Positions 41,397-53,824 of a stretch of DNA of 64,000 nucleotides are shown in pieces. The DNA is from Octopus vulgaris. Lineage: Eukaryota. The position numbers were made by a program, and so were the translations under genes. Where the stretch lies: NCBI GenBank assembly GCA_951406725.2, contig OX597814.1, forward strand, positions 74,524,001-74,588,000. The letters run 5' to 3'. Under the pieces are notes generated by a model. It was not told the DNA's origin, searched no databases, and saw only the letters and a list, made by a program, of their open reading frames with translations. How positions within the stretch are numbered: position 1 is the stretch's first letter; every line of letters starts with the position of its first letter.

Positions 41397-42614
41397 AACC
41401 TATTCATGGTATGGTGGGACAGAAGGCTTAAAGAATGCCTACTGCAGAAATCCATACTCGTAAACATGTACTCTCGCTATGTTGATGATATCAATATAGT
41501 AGTAAAGGCACCCCCACAAGAAAGTACTGTTGATATAGTAATAGAAACTAATACTATGGAGAGCATCCAGCAAATAGCTAACTCCATCCACCAGAGTATT
41601 AAGGTCACAATAGACTACCCCACTAAACACCCCAACCATAGACTACCAGTACTAGACACTGAACTCTGGCTAGAAATTGTGAAAAATAAAACCCAAATCC
41701 TTCATTCATACTATGCAAAACCTATGGCCTCAAAATACCTGATCCACCGGAACTCAGCCATTGCGGGCAATGCCAAATTCAATATTTTGATGGCAGACCT
41801 CGTCAGAATAATGAGAAATGTGTCACGCATGTGCGAGCCTACAGAATTAAAGAGACACATACAGTATTTCATTCACCGCATGCAGTTCTCAGGTTACAGC
41901 CATAAAGAAAGGATCAGAGTATACAAAGGAGCCATGAAGAAATTTGATAATATATTATGTAATGATAGGAATGGGATTTGCCCACTCTATAGGAACAAGT
42001 CATGGAACACTATAGAAAGGACAAAAAAGAAAATAAGGAAGGCCAACTCTTGGTATGATAGCCATAAATACCAGAGTGTCATGTTCGTTGACACCACCCC
42101 TGGAGGTGAACTAGCGTACCGCTTTAGAAGGACCCTAGATAAACTTAAACTAAGAATTAAGGTTGTTGAAAAGCCAGGCAACCCTATCAGATCTATAATT
42201 GGTAGAACCTATCCTTTTAGTAGAACTCTCTGTACGGATAACTATTGCACTGTATGTAGATTTAGCCCACAAACGAACTGTAAAGCCAGAAATGTGGTCT
42301 ATAGTATAAGATGTATAGAGGGACGATGCAGTAACAAGACAGTAACATACGTAGGGGAAACTGCAAGAAGCATTGGTAAGCGGGTGAATGAACATTGGAG
42401 ACAACTCAAGGAAGGTAAAAGCTCATCGATTCTGTACCAACACGCCGAACAAGAACACGGGGGATCAATCAATAACATAGAGATTAAGATATTGTCCACA
42501 CATAGAACAGATGCAACAATTAGACAAATTACAGAAGCTACACATATAATAGAAAATAAACCTAGCCTGAATAGAAAACTAGAATGGAGCAATAGCGCAC
42601 ACCACAACATATGA
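41397..42614 (+). CDS. Inverted, shorter copy of the same PLE ORF (YVDD to C-terminus)
   Basis: Protein identical to the left copy from NLFMVWWD on; the ORF-track start at 41343 is antisense spacer sequence. Confidence 0.9.
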   Translation, partial: NLFMVWWDRRLKECLLQKSILVNMYSRYVDDINIVVKAPPQESTVDIVIETNTMESIQQIANSIHQSIKVTIDYPTKHPNHRLPVLDTELWLEIVKNKTQILHSYYAKPMASKYLIHRNSAIAGNAKFNILMADLVRIMRNVSRMCEPTELKRHIQYFIHRMQFSGYSHKERIRVYKGAMKKFDNILCNDRNGICPLYRNKSWNTIERTKKKIRKANSWYDSHKYQSVMFVDTTPGGELAYRFRRTLDKLKLRIKVVEKPGNPIRSIIGRTYPFSRTLCTDNYCTVCRFSPQTNCKARNVVYSIRCIEGRCSNKTVTYVGETARSIGKRVNEHWRQLKEGKSSSILYQHAEQEHGGSINNIEIKILSTHRTDATIRQITEATHIIENKPSLNRKLEWSNSAHHNI

Positions 42615-42732
42615 CAATAGTGGATCCTGCAAACATAATAAATACACAGGTAATTAAAGAAATAGAAATGAATATCTATATATATGTATATGTGTATATA
42701 TATGTATATGTATGTGTGTATATATGTGTGTA

Positions 42733-42771
<39 letters not shown>

Positions 42772-43136
42772 GTATGTATATATATGTATATGTATATGTA
42801 TATTCTTTTTTTTTTTTTTTTTTCTCGATTAGATTTATTATTATTATTACTAATATTGTTGTTATACATACATACAAGCATATGTAATGATAATAATGGG
42901 TGGATGTAAACACATGAATAAAATTAGAACAAAAGCAACAACAACAAAAACAAAATACAAATTACAAGAATGTATATAACCAGAAGATACAAATATTACA
43001 GGCATCCCCCCCCACACACTAAATAAACATAGACGCACATAGAGATATAAGCATGCGCAAATGAAGACATACAATAGAAATACAAAATGGCTGACGGTTA
43101 GTAAGGAGAGACACAAGTAAGTGAGAAGAAAACAAA

Positions 43137-43181
43137 GGACCACTGATGCGGTCACAGGAGTGTGACGAAAGAACTTTGGCC
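43137..43181 (+). ncRNA. Minimal type-I hammerhead candidate (A9C variant)
   Basis: GGACCA-CUGAUGC-G-GUCAC(AGGAGU)GUGAC-GAAA-GAAC-UU-UGGCC. Confidence 0.55.
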
Positions 43182-43295
43182 GAAATAAGATTAAGATTAA
43201 TGTAAAAAATAAATATCACTGAAGCAAAATAACACCAAATATATAGTGCGTGTGTTTTTATTGGCTAAACTGGCAATATGACCATTCCGAAATAT

Positions 43296-43350
<55 letters not shown>

Positions 43351-43386
43351 CATATACACATACATACGCGCGCGCGCGCACACACA

Positions 43387-43425
<39 letters not shown>

Positions 43426-43427
43426 TA

Positions 43428-43703
43428 GACTCTCCTATCGAAGACGACGTATGAACGTTCAGCTTTAGCCGAATGACCTACACAAATGATTTGTTTATAG
43501 TGATCAAGTGTTTGTACCGCGCAGTGGCTCACTCTCTCCTTCAGATCGACGTTGTCTGATCAGGTGCACTGTGTGCCACGCATCAGGTGTCTAAGTGATC
43601 GCAGAGCAACGTGAGATGATGTGTTTTGCTCAACGCAGCACCCGGTCTAAGAACTGAAATCACGATCGCTATTCGTGAGAGCAACACCCTAACCACTAGG
43701 CTA
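43428..43703 (-). mobile_element. tRNA-derived SINE (second family, decayed)
   Basis: Minus-strand head GCCTAGTGGTTAGGGTGTTG..AGACCGGG..TTGAGCAAAACAC. Confidence 0.6.
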
Positions 43704-43707
43704 GGCT

Positions 43708-43867
43708 TAGCTGTATGATATAGAAGCTTGCTCCTCAACCACATGATTCTCGGTTCAGACCCACTGCGTGGCACCATGAGTAAGTGTCTTCTACTATAGC
43801 TTCGGGCCAACCAAAGCCTTGTGAGTGGCCTTAGTAGGCGAAAGCTGAAAGAAGCCCGTCGTGTATA

Positions 43868-43903
<36 letters not shown>

Positions 43904-44185
43904 TGTATGTATGTATGTATGTATGTATGTATGTATCCATATATGTATGTATGTATGTATGTATTTATATGTATATGTTTGTTTATCTGTGTTTGTCCGC
44001 CCACCGTCGCTTGACAACCGATGTTGGTGTGTTTATGTCCCTGTAACTTAGCGGTTCAGCAAAAGAACCGCTAGAATAAGTACTAAGCTTACAATGAATA
44101 AGGCCTGGGATCGATTTGTTCAACTAAAGGCGGTACAAAAGCATGACCGAAGTCAAATAACTGAAATGAATAAAAGAATAAAAGA
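43708..44185 (+). mobile_element. tRNA-derived SINE with central microsatellite
   Basis: Colinear with 47571-47980. Confidence 0.85.
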
Positions 44186-44236
44186 ATATATATATATGTA
44201 TATTTATCAAAAGAAAAACAGGATGCAAAGGATTTA

Positions 44237-44323
44237 GCGGTACATATGTTTCTGGCTTTATTGGACAATTTATATCAATGCATAATTGATGTAACATGTA
44301 TGTCAATAGCCTTCTTCAGCCGC
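44237..44323 (-). ncRNA. Type-I hammerhead ribozyme with canonical core, in a solo PLE pLTR (~44200-44605)
   Basis: GCGG-CUGAAGA-A-GGCU[..]AGCC-A-GAAA-CAUAUG-UA-CCGC; palindromic stem III ACAUAUGU. Confidence 0.85.
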
Positions 44324-44604
44324 GTACAATTACCACACCAAAGACATGTATTACATTATAGCAGGTTTGAGAAGAAGTTTGGAAAAAAGACGAGTTTCGT
44401 TGGGAATGCAAATCCTCATAGTCCTATATGGCACAGCGAGACACCAAAACAAAACGTCCATGCCGTTTTTTCACTCGGTAAAGAATGAGGAGGTTGGATG
44501 ATGAGATAAAGAGGGAAGAAGTGGAAGGGGGTGAATCTTTAATGAAGTTGGGATCACAAAGAGGAAACAGTATATATGCAAAATGTAATAAAAGGGTAAA
44601 AATG

Positions 44605-44643
<39 letters not shown>

Positions 44644-44657
44644 TATATATTTTACAT

Positions 44658-44744
<87 letters not shown>

Positions 44745-45789
44745 CAAATGTATATTTATATGCAAAGAGGGAGAGGGAGATAGGGACAGACAGAAAGAGC
44801 GGTGGAATAGATATCGTACAAAATCATCTAGGTGTGAGAATCGGTTGAATGTAGAACTTATCTTAAGTGGGTTTTTTCCCCATGTAGTGTATAGAGGATG
44901 ATGATTAGAAAAAAATGTTATAGAAAGTGAAAAACTTTGAAGTGAAGGATGTTAGAAGGAAATGTGAATGAACACCGAAGAGAATGGGAGATAATTTTAT
45001 CGAGCATACATTAGTATTTTAGAATACATATCGAGCATACATTAATATTTTAGAATTTAATTAAAATACATTGATGCTATATAGATCAATAGATATAATA
45101 TTGAAGCAGGAGGTGAATGTAATATGTAAGCTTTTGTGCTTGTGTTCGTATTGTAGTTTTAAGCATATTTGACACAGAAAAAGCAGTAAACAAACCTATT
45201 TACAGACAGAGATACACGCGCGCGTACACGCATACATAAATTCATACATATATAAGTATGGCTAAGTGGTTAAAAGTACTCTTAGATTTCTTTTCAATGA
45301 AAGTTCACAAGAAGCTTAATTTAATGCTTAAATCAAAAGTTTGTCTCAATATCTCTAATTACAACTTGGGCAGCTGTTTTGAGTCATGTTGTGTTTCATT
45401 TGTGTTAGATATGTCTTCAAGAAAAAGAAATTCCACGCTAATGCGGATATTAAAAAGTTAAATTGTTATTCTTCGTGTTATTCACCGCAATATATTCTGA
45501 AATCCACAAGATGCTGATGAAGAAGCTCCATATTTCTTTGCACATCATACAAAGAAAAAATGTCAATAACAATATTTACATTACTTAGTGCTAAACATGT
45601 CTGATAGTTTGGCCCAAAAGACTGAGTAACAAAGAAAGTTAAGGGTGTGCTATTCCACATTTATACATTGACGTATTTCTGCAGGTCTTTATGTTTCATA
45701 TACATTTTCAGTATATAATAATGGTTTCGAATTTTTACATATGGCCAGTAATTTTGTTAGAAGCAAGTATAACGATTACATTGGTCTCA

Positions 45790-45930
45790 GTTCTTGATTG
45801 CTGTTATTTTATAGACTCCAAAAGGATAAAAAGCAAAGTCGATCTCTGCAGCGTTTGCGCTCAGAAAGTAAAGCCGGAAGAAATGCCATTAAGCATTTTG
45901 CTGGACGTGCTAACGATTCTGCCAGCTCGC
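45790..45930 (-). mobile_element. tRNA-derived SINE (third family)
   Basis: GCGAGCTGGCAGAATCGTTAGCACGTCCAGCAAAATGCTTAA head. Confidence 0.6.
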
Positions 45931-46800
45931 AGAAGGTGGTTAATTGTTTGAGATTTTCCCTTTAGCTGATATTCCAGGTTCATTTTCCTAAGTACTAAGG
46001 TCAGAGAATTCATGCAGAGAACAAAAAGAAATGGAGATAAGCTATTACCATGGAAAATCCCTCTTCTGAACCTCAGGGTACCCAAACTTTTTCCGTAGGA
46101 TGTCAACTCAGTTTTCCACCGCAACATACTTCTTTTCAGAAAGCACGTTACATTCCTCGCAATTCCAAACAGATCTAAGAACTCGATAATCCATGAATGT
46201 GGAATCATGTTATAAGCTTTGCGATAGTCAATCCAGGCCATTTCCAAATTTGTTCTCCTTCGTTTACAATCTTGCATTACCATTTTGTCTATCAATAACT
46301 GGTCTTTTGTACCTCTGCATCTCCTCCTACAGCCTTTTTTTCCGTCGGTAATATATTGTTCTCATCAAGAAATTTGTACAGTTCTGCAATTTCTCATGAA
46401 AGTAGCTTCTACCTTAATGGGAGGCAAGAAATTGGCCTGCAGTTGTCAACAGCATTTCCTTTTGCTGCATCCTTTAGACACAACGCTGCTCGTCCTTTTG
46501 TCAACCAGCCTGGGATTTCTTCTCCATCGATCAATGCAGTAAAATGCTCTGCAATCAATTTATGGCACTTACTGAACTTTTTTTTATTTAAAATCCTTGA
46601 GCACTATTAGGTCCTGTTGCTTACCTTTTTAATCATATGTCTGATAGTGTCTTCTGTGAAGTGGATAGCCTCTTGCTGGGGATAAGAAGCTGTTTCCTTC
46701 AGGCTACAGAACCATTTAGCTACAGTATTATGTTGTTCTTGCTTACTCCATATCTTACCCCAGAAATACGCTTCCTTGAAATAAAGGTGTATATCCAAGA
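45930..46800 (-). pseudogene. R4/Dong-clade RT fragment
   Basis: [45 protein letters not shown]. Confidence 0.85.
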
Positions 46801-46931
46801 CAGAATTACGTAAAACAGGTGTCTTCTACTTTAGCCTCGGGCCAACCAAAGCCTTGTGAGTGGATTTGGTAGATGGAAACTGAAAAAAGCTCGTCGTACA
46901 TATGTATATATATATATATGTATATATAAGA

Positions 46932-47021
<90 letters not shown>

Positions 47022-47061
47022 ATATACACATATATATATATACATACGTATATATATATAT

Positions 47062-47152
<91 letters not shown>

Positions 47153-47164
47153 CATACATATATA

Positions 47165-47558
47165 AAATGACAAAATGAGATGAAAAATCCGAGGCTGTAA
47201 ATAGTTTTCAGAACATTTATAAAGAAAAGGCCCAACAGCTGTTTCCGGGATATTTTATATATCCCTTAATCAGAGACGGTGCGAGAAAATATTTGAGTAT
47301 TAATTATTGTAGAGAAGATATCAGAATGAAGACAGAAGTGAGATGCATAAGGATATTGTATTTGCAGTTCCATTATATAAGTAGAATGGTGTATATAAGC
47401 CGTAAAGAAGTGTTTGTGTGTGAGTTCCAATGGCAGTTATATTTGTCATTCCATGCATAGGGCCTTGTGAACGGTGTTGTTCGATCGAGGGGGTTTGTAG
47501 AAGATATAATGTAGCTTATAAATGCACTGTCCTTAACACAGTATACAATTCTACACCC
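47165..47558 (-). mobile_element. PLE 3' end/pLTR remnant with mutated hammerhead (47230-47277)
   Basis: GUCU-CUGAUUA-AGGGAUAU..AUAUCCCG-GAAA-CAGCUG-UU-GGGC (G8U); flanked by (TA)n. Confidence 0.6.
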
Positions 47559-47570
47559 ATATATATATAT

Positions 47571-47754
47571 ATAGGCGCAGGAGTGGCTGTGTGTTAAGTA
47601 GCTTTCTAACCAACCACATGGTTCCGGGTTCAGTCCCACTGCGTGGCATCTTGGGCAAGTGTCTTCTGCTATAGCCCCGGGCCGACCAATGCCTTGTGAG
47701 TGGATTTGGTAGACGGAAACTGAAAGAAGCCTGTCGTATATATGTATATGTGTA

Positions 47755-47795
<41 letters not shown>

Positions 47796-47980
47796 TTGTC
47801 CCCCTAGCATTGATTGACAACCGATGCTGGTGCGTTTACGTCCCCGTCACTTAGCGGTTCGGCAAAAGAGACCGATAGAATAAGTACTGGGCTTACAAAG
47901 AATAAGTCCCGGGATCGATTTGCTCGACTAAAGGCGGTGCTCCAGCATGGCCGCAGTCAAATGACTGAAACAAGTAAAAG
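47571..47980 (+). mobile_element. Full-length tRNA-derived SINE
   Basis: A-box TGGCTGTGTG, B-box GGTTCAGTCCC, central (TA/TG)n, tail GACTGAAACAAGTAAAAGA; several copies in the window. Confidence 0.9.
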
Positions 47981-48252
47981 ATATATTAAATTATATTAGA
48001 GATAAAACCACTATTAGGCAAATCAAACAGTGAAAAACACAAACCAAAACATAGAAATAAAATTTATTAATATAATATACAAAATATATAAAATATAAAA
48101 TTCAAAATTTAAATTATTTAAATTTAAAGTTAAAAATTTTAAATTATTAATTTATATTTATAGTTTTTTTACATATATATATATATATTTTTTATTAAAT
48201 ATATATAACTATCAAAAAGTATTAAAAAGTTTAATATAAGAAAAAAATAAAA

Positions 48253-48348
48253 CCACTACGATCGTTTCATACCCACAACCTAATTCGAATAAACATAATT
48301 TATATTCAATTAATAATTCGAATTATGGTTATAATCAATCTTCAGGTT
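48253..48348 (-). ncRNA. Type-I hammerhead with canonical core and long AU-rich stem II
   Basis: AAC-CUGAAGA-[..AUAACC-AUAAUUCGAAU..AUUCGAAUUA-GGUUGU..]-GAAA-CGAUCG-UA-GU; stem I is short. Confidence 0.7.
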
Positions 48349-50139
48349 AATGATAATAGTTAAATAAATAATCAAATATATTTAAACAATATTTTTTTAA
48401 GAAATAAATAAAATAATAATTTTTCTTATAAAAAACTCTATTATCAAACTAGAAACTTTAACGATTATGATTATGTCATACAATTGATTATAATGGTAAA
48501 TATTAATTTTTAAGGTAAGAATAGATAGAAAATGTATTTATCTATTCAGAGGCTTCATTGCAAAAAAAATGACAACGCTTTTCAAAAGATTTGTTTTTTC
48601 TAGCTCCGAGCTGCATAAACTAATAAGGAGAGTACAGGAGGCGGTAGAAAAAGCCAGCTTCTATATATGGCTAAAGCGGGAAGACCGAAAATGGCTTGAA
48701 AATCATAAACACGCCGACGGGAAATAACATCATTAGGTAAGACAAGCTGACTGAAGCAGCTTCGCTGACTGACAGGTGACGGTCGTTTAGAAAGAGCGCG
48801 GGTTAAAACTACGCGCCTTCACTAGTCAGTTAAGGTGAGACAGTGTCACGTGACAACTTGCTGGTGCTGCCTGCTGGAGTCTATGCGGTAGGTATTTAAA
48901 GGGAAAAAATCTAACAAGACAGTCAGTCACCGGCTGACACTCGCTAACAATACATCGAAGAGGCCAGGGAACAGAAGAAAGAAGACATGTACCCAACAGC
49001 AGAGCTGAAGACACCTCCGAAAGAGGGGGGGGGGGGCGCCACGTCAAAACGGTAGAGGAGTAGGGGCCGAAACTGGACGTGGTTCCTCCTGATGATGTCT
49101 TGAGCTAACTGGATCCCATAAAGGAGCTGTTGTGGTAGCAAACCACGAAACACGGTTGTAATTCCCCCAAGAACCTTTAATAACTATAATAGACTAATAC
49201 AAAACCTCATAAAGAATTGGAAACACTACACTACTATAAAGTAATATATTTATAAAATTATTAGAATATTACATTATTTATTTAGTATAACAAATAAAAT
49301 CATGTAATAAGTATTATAAATCATATACTAAATTTTAGATTAATACTAATACATAAATCTACAAAATAGGGTTTAGATATAGTCATTATTTATCTAGAAA
49401 TTTATCATATAAGTAAAGTAACCTGTGTCTGCATTTTATTTTACCACATCCAGAGTATTCACTAAATTATTATGCTCATAAAATAAAATTTCTTTAAACT
49501 CAATAGAACATAAATAACAATAACTGCCTCCTATACTATATGATTTAGCTTTACTTATTATTTCCCACCTTAAATCATACTTAATACTTTGGGATTTAAG
49601 TCCCCATATGTACTTGCTAAGTCCTGTTGAGTTAATTAGGTTTTTATTTTTAAATGAATGCATATGCTGTGCGATTCTTAATTTTATTTTAGAAGAAGTG
49701 GACCCTATATATATTGCGTTTAAGTTATTATTATCCCTATTATTCTCATTAAGTAACGTAACTATACATTTATACACTACATCGTTTAAATCACATTTGT
49801 TATTAAATTTGCACTTAGTTTTATCTCTACATGTACAGTTAATGAGTGTCTTATCTTTATTATTATTGGTATTATAATAAAATTTATTTTTATAAAAATT
49901 ATTTACCTAAGATTTATTAAAAGAAGAAATAATATTACCTACACTATTAGTAGTAGAATAACCTACTCCAAAGTTATTACTTGAGAAAATTTTTTTATAT
50001 TCACGAGTATCATGAGTAAATTGTTCAATAATATCTAAAATCTCTTTAATAATGTTCGTTTCAACTTGAGCACCATAAGGGGCAATTAACCAAATTTTAT
50101 TCTTATTTTTATTCTTTTTATTATTATCACTATCATTCT

Positions 50140-50284
50140 TCTCCTTCCTCTTCTTCTTCTTCTTCTTCTTCTTCTTCTTCTTCTTCTTCTTCTTCTTCTT
50201 CTTCTTCTTCTTCTTTTTCTTTTTCTTCTTCTTCATCTTCTTCTTCTTTTTCTTTTTCTTCATCTTCTTCTTCTTTTTCTTTTT

Positions 50285-50315
<31 letters not shown>

Positions 50316-50385
50316 TTATTATCATTATTATAATTAATCATATTATTATTACCATTATCATTATTATTACCATTGTTATTATTAT
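50140..50385 (-). repeat. (AAG)n/(AAT)n triplet expansion inside the PLE ORF
   Basis: In-frame poly-Lys/poly-Asn in ORF 49907-50809. Confidence 0.9.
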
Positions 50386-51930
50386 ATTTCTTTATAATAT
50401 TATTAAATTTAAATTTATAATTATAATTAACATTTAATGAATTAATATTAAAATTTGTCTTATTTTTAATTTTATTCTTATTTTTATTTTTATAATTACT
50501 AAATTTACTACTAATATTACTAACATAATTATTATAATTATTACTAATATTTTTATCTTTGTTTTTAATTAAAAATTTAATATTACTATTATAACCTGCC
50601 TCTCTTGGGGCCTCATTGTAATAAGGTGCATATTTATTAAAAATCTCTAAATCATAAGAAAGTAATGATATACGTTTACTTATATTATTAATCAACGATT
50701 TTTTAATTGATGGTGGGTGATTACTATTAACATTTATATATCTAAGGTTTTCATTAAGTTTATGATATGGTTGTGTTTTACCCGTAATTAGATTAAAATT
50801 AACATTCAAATAATTAACATTAAAATTCTCATTATATATAGTAATACTTAAACCATATTTTTTAAAGAAACTATAAATTTTTTTCTTTTATAATTATAGG
50901 TTCCTATTAGTGCAATTTTTGGTAATAAATAAAAGGTCATCCCTATATAAACCACCCTCTATTTTTAAATTTTCTAATTGAAGTTCAGATAATAGATAAA
51001 TACCTACCAAATCCGTAGCTTGTACAGAATCGGGTGCCCCATAGGTATATCAAAATAGTCCCTAGTATCCTTCCTCGCCCATAATTTATTTTTGTTTCTA
51101 ATAAACGATTAGCCATTTTAATTACATTAACCTCTTCAAAAGTCATTCTCACTTTATTCATTGCAAATATAAGGGCCTTATTAAACGCAATTTCATTAAC
51201 AGAAGAATAATAATTACCTATATCTATTTGAATAAATTTATATCGATTTTTTTCTTTAATATTATTAAACCAATTTAAAGTATTATTATTACTAAACCAT
51301 AATTTTAGGTAGTTAAGCTTATTTAATTTATTAATATATTTATCCAAAATGAGTTTACTCAATTTACCAAGGACAAATTAATCTAACTTTAGGGTCTGAA
51401 CAAAAATTATCTTTATGGTCTTTCAGAGTAATTCTAGGGAGCATAGGTACATAAGGTTCAGTTTTATTATCCAACACATAATTAAAATCCAGTTTTATTA
51501 TCCAACACGTAATTAAAATGGCTAATCACGACTAATTTAGAGGCCTTATTTATAGTATAAAGTGTACTATCTGGAACACTTTTAAATTTTTTAATTATCT
51601 CTTTCTCTAAAAGGTTATCATATATCTTCTAAGATCTGTAAATCTCTATTATACGGGGGTTCTTTTTTAGATTTAAAATTAGAAGTAAAATTATTATCAT
51701 TTATACTATCATTAAAATTAGATATATTATTGTTATAATAGTAGGCTTTCCATTTAATTCTAGAAACAAAATCCTTAATATTATTAATAAGTTTCAAAAT
51801 ATATTCTTTTCTAGAGGTTATTGGAATATCCTTCAAAGATGAATTCCAAAATAGCGGTTCTATCTTACCTGTAAATTCCATAACTTACGAAATTGAGATA
51901 TTACACTCAATAAACGTAATTTATCAATAT

Positions 51931-51997
<67 letters not shown>

Positions 51998-51998
<1 letters not shown>

Positions 51999-52665
51999 GT
52001 GGAGTATAAATTAAGACATGACAGAGTTGGCCAATATCTCCACTGGCTAATAAGTCGGCATTACAATATCAAAACTGCCGACAAGTGGTATAATCACCAC
52101 CCTGAGGCTGTAACTGAAGGAGAAAATGTAACCATTCTGTGGGACTTTCCAGTACATACAGACCGAACCATCAAGGCCAATAAACCAGATATTGTTGTGA
52201 AAGACCAAAACAATAAAGTTTGCTTACTGATCGACATGAGCATCCCCTGTGATCATAATATCTCAGCGAAAGAGTTTGACAAGCTCAGAAAATATAAAGA
52301 CCTACTCATTGAAATTGAGAAAATGTGGCATCTCAAGGCGGTTACAATACCAGTGATCGTAGGAGCACTAGGAATGATCAAGAAGGGAACCGAAAATTAT
52401 ATGAGAATGATCCCTGGTTTACCATCCCTGCAAGAAGTGCAAAAGATTGTCTTAACTGGTACATCACACGTATTGAGAAGAGCATTGTCGATGTGAGAAC
52501 TGTTGCTGCTCATGTATTTTAATTTAACTTAAAAAAAAAAAAAATGAACGAACTACTGAGTTTGGTTTAATGGCCTACCAATGTATGCTATGAGTTTCTT
52601 TGCCCTAGGAGTCGAGAAGACACTCGGCAAGAAATGGAAGCAAATTTGAAAGAAGAAAAAAAAAG
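51998..52665 (+). mobile_element. 5'-truncated Dong/R4-clade element inserted in (TAA)n
   Basis: ORF 51999-52496 with RHD..ILWD..NKPDIV..LIDMSIP..DKLRKY (restriction-like endonuclease); (AAT)n on both flanks. Confidence 0.9.
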
Positions 52666-52689
52666 TAATAATAATAATAATAATAATAT

Positions 52690-52945
52690 TAGGGAGTAAA
52701 TCTAAACTTACAGGGGAAAATTAGATTTAGGATTAAATCTAATTTTACAGTATAAATATAAATTAAATTAAATTAGAGATAAAACCATTATTAGGCAAAT
52801 CAAACAGTGAAAAACTAAGCAAAACATAGAAATAAAATTAATTAATATAATATACAAAATATATAAAATATAAAATTCAAAATTCAAAATTTAAAATATT
52901 TAAATTTAAAGTTAAAAATTTAAAATTATCAATTTATATTCATAA

Positions 52946-52950
<5 letters not shown>
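52690..52950 (-). mobile_element. Upstream tandem pLTR/3'-end copy of the Naiad element
   Basis: Direct repeat of 47995-48170. Confidence 0.75.
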
Positions 52951-53019
<69 letters not shown>

Positions 53020-53155
53020 TTATATATACATATATGTATATATATACATATATATACATATATATGTATATATACATATATATATATATGTATATATACA
53101 TATATATGCATATATACATATATGTGTATATACATATATATGTATACATGTATAT

Positions 53156-53309
53156 GTCGGCCCGGGGCTATAGCAGAAGACACTTGCCCAAGATGCCACG
53201 CAGTGGGACTGAACCCGCAACCATGTGGTTGGTTAGCAAGCTACTTACCACACATGCCTTGTGAGTGGATTTGGTAGACGGAAACTGAAAGAAGCCTGTC
53301 GTATATATG

Positions 53310-53342
<33 letters not shown>

Positions 53343-53555
53343 TTGTGTGTCTGTGTTTGTCCCCCTAGCATTGCTTGACAACCGATGCTGGTGTGTCTAC
53401 GTCCCCGCCACTTAGCGGTTCGGCAAAAGAGACCGATAGAATAAGTACTGGGCTTACAAAGAATAAGTTCCGGGGTCGATTTGATCGACTAAAGGCGGTG
53501 CTCCAGCATGACCGCAGTCAAATGACTGAAACAAGTAAAGAGTAAAGAGTAAGAG
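53156..53555 (+). mobile_element. SINE with inverted 5' head
   Basis: 53156-53253 is the reverse complement of the SINE head, joined to a sense body at TGCCTTGTGAG. Confidence 0.85.
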
Positions 53556-53589
53556 TATGTATATGTGAATATATGTATATGTATATATA

Positions 53590-53777
53590 TAGTTAATCCA
53601 AACAAGAAAGCACAAAAAAACACAACACGAGGATGTGGAACAAATATAGTATTATTGGACGCTCAGGAAAGAAGGAAAGAAGGAGGGTTTAACGTTTCGA
53701 GCGGAGCTCTTCGTCGGAAACATAGGAGAAGGAAAGATCCAGAGAAGGGAAGACAGAGGAAAAAAATCGCCAACGGT
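53590..53777 (-). mobile_element. Solo PLE pLTR with U4C hammerhead candidate (53687-53721)
   Basis: Homologous to 10950-11135; ribozyme motif identical. Confidence 0.75.
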
Positions 53778-53824
53778 ATATATATATTTATATACATACA
53801 TATATATATGCATATATATACGTG

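Larger units (their letters stand above)
38973..43303. mobile_element. Palindromic PLE insertion: ~1.9-kb near-identical arms with 3' ends outward, in (TA)n
   Basis: 39027-40933 is the reverse complement of 41396-43303; ~460-bp spacer is the extra 5' part of the left copy. Confidence 0.95.
47990..51930 (-). mobile_element. Near-full-length AT-rich Naiad-type PLE with frameshifted ORF (49400-51881)
   Basis: SLKDIP..EYILKLI, FIQIDIGNYYSS, GLYRDD, YINVNSNHPP, KIWLIAPY, CTC..C....C, VVYKC..IYIGST, CYLC..(frameshift)CRH; terminal 47995-48170 repeated directly at 52772-52950. Confidence 0.88.

Noticed and set aside
45000-45055. Short two-copy tandem duplications (also ~11798-11835, 36292-36362, 51460-51518)
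   Set aside because: Ordinary slippage duplications; no spacer structure, so not CRISPR-like
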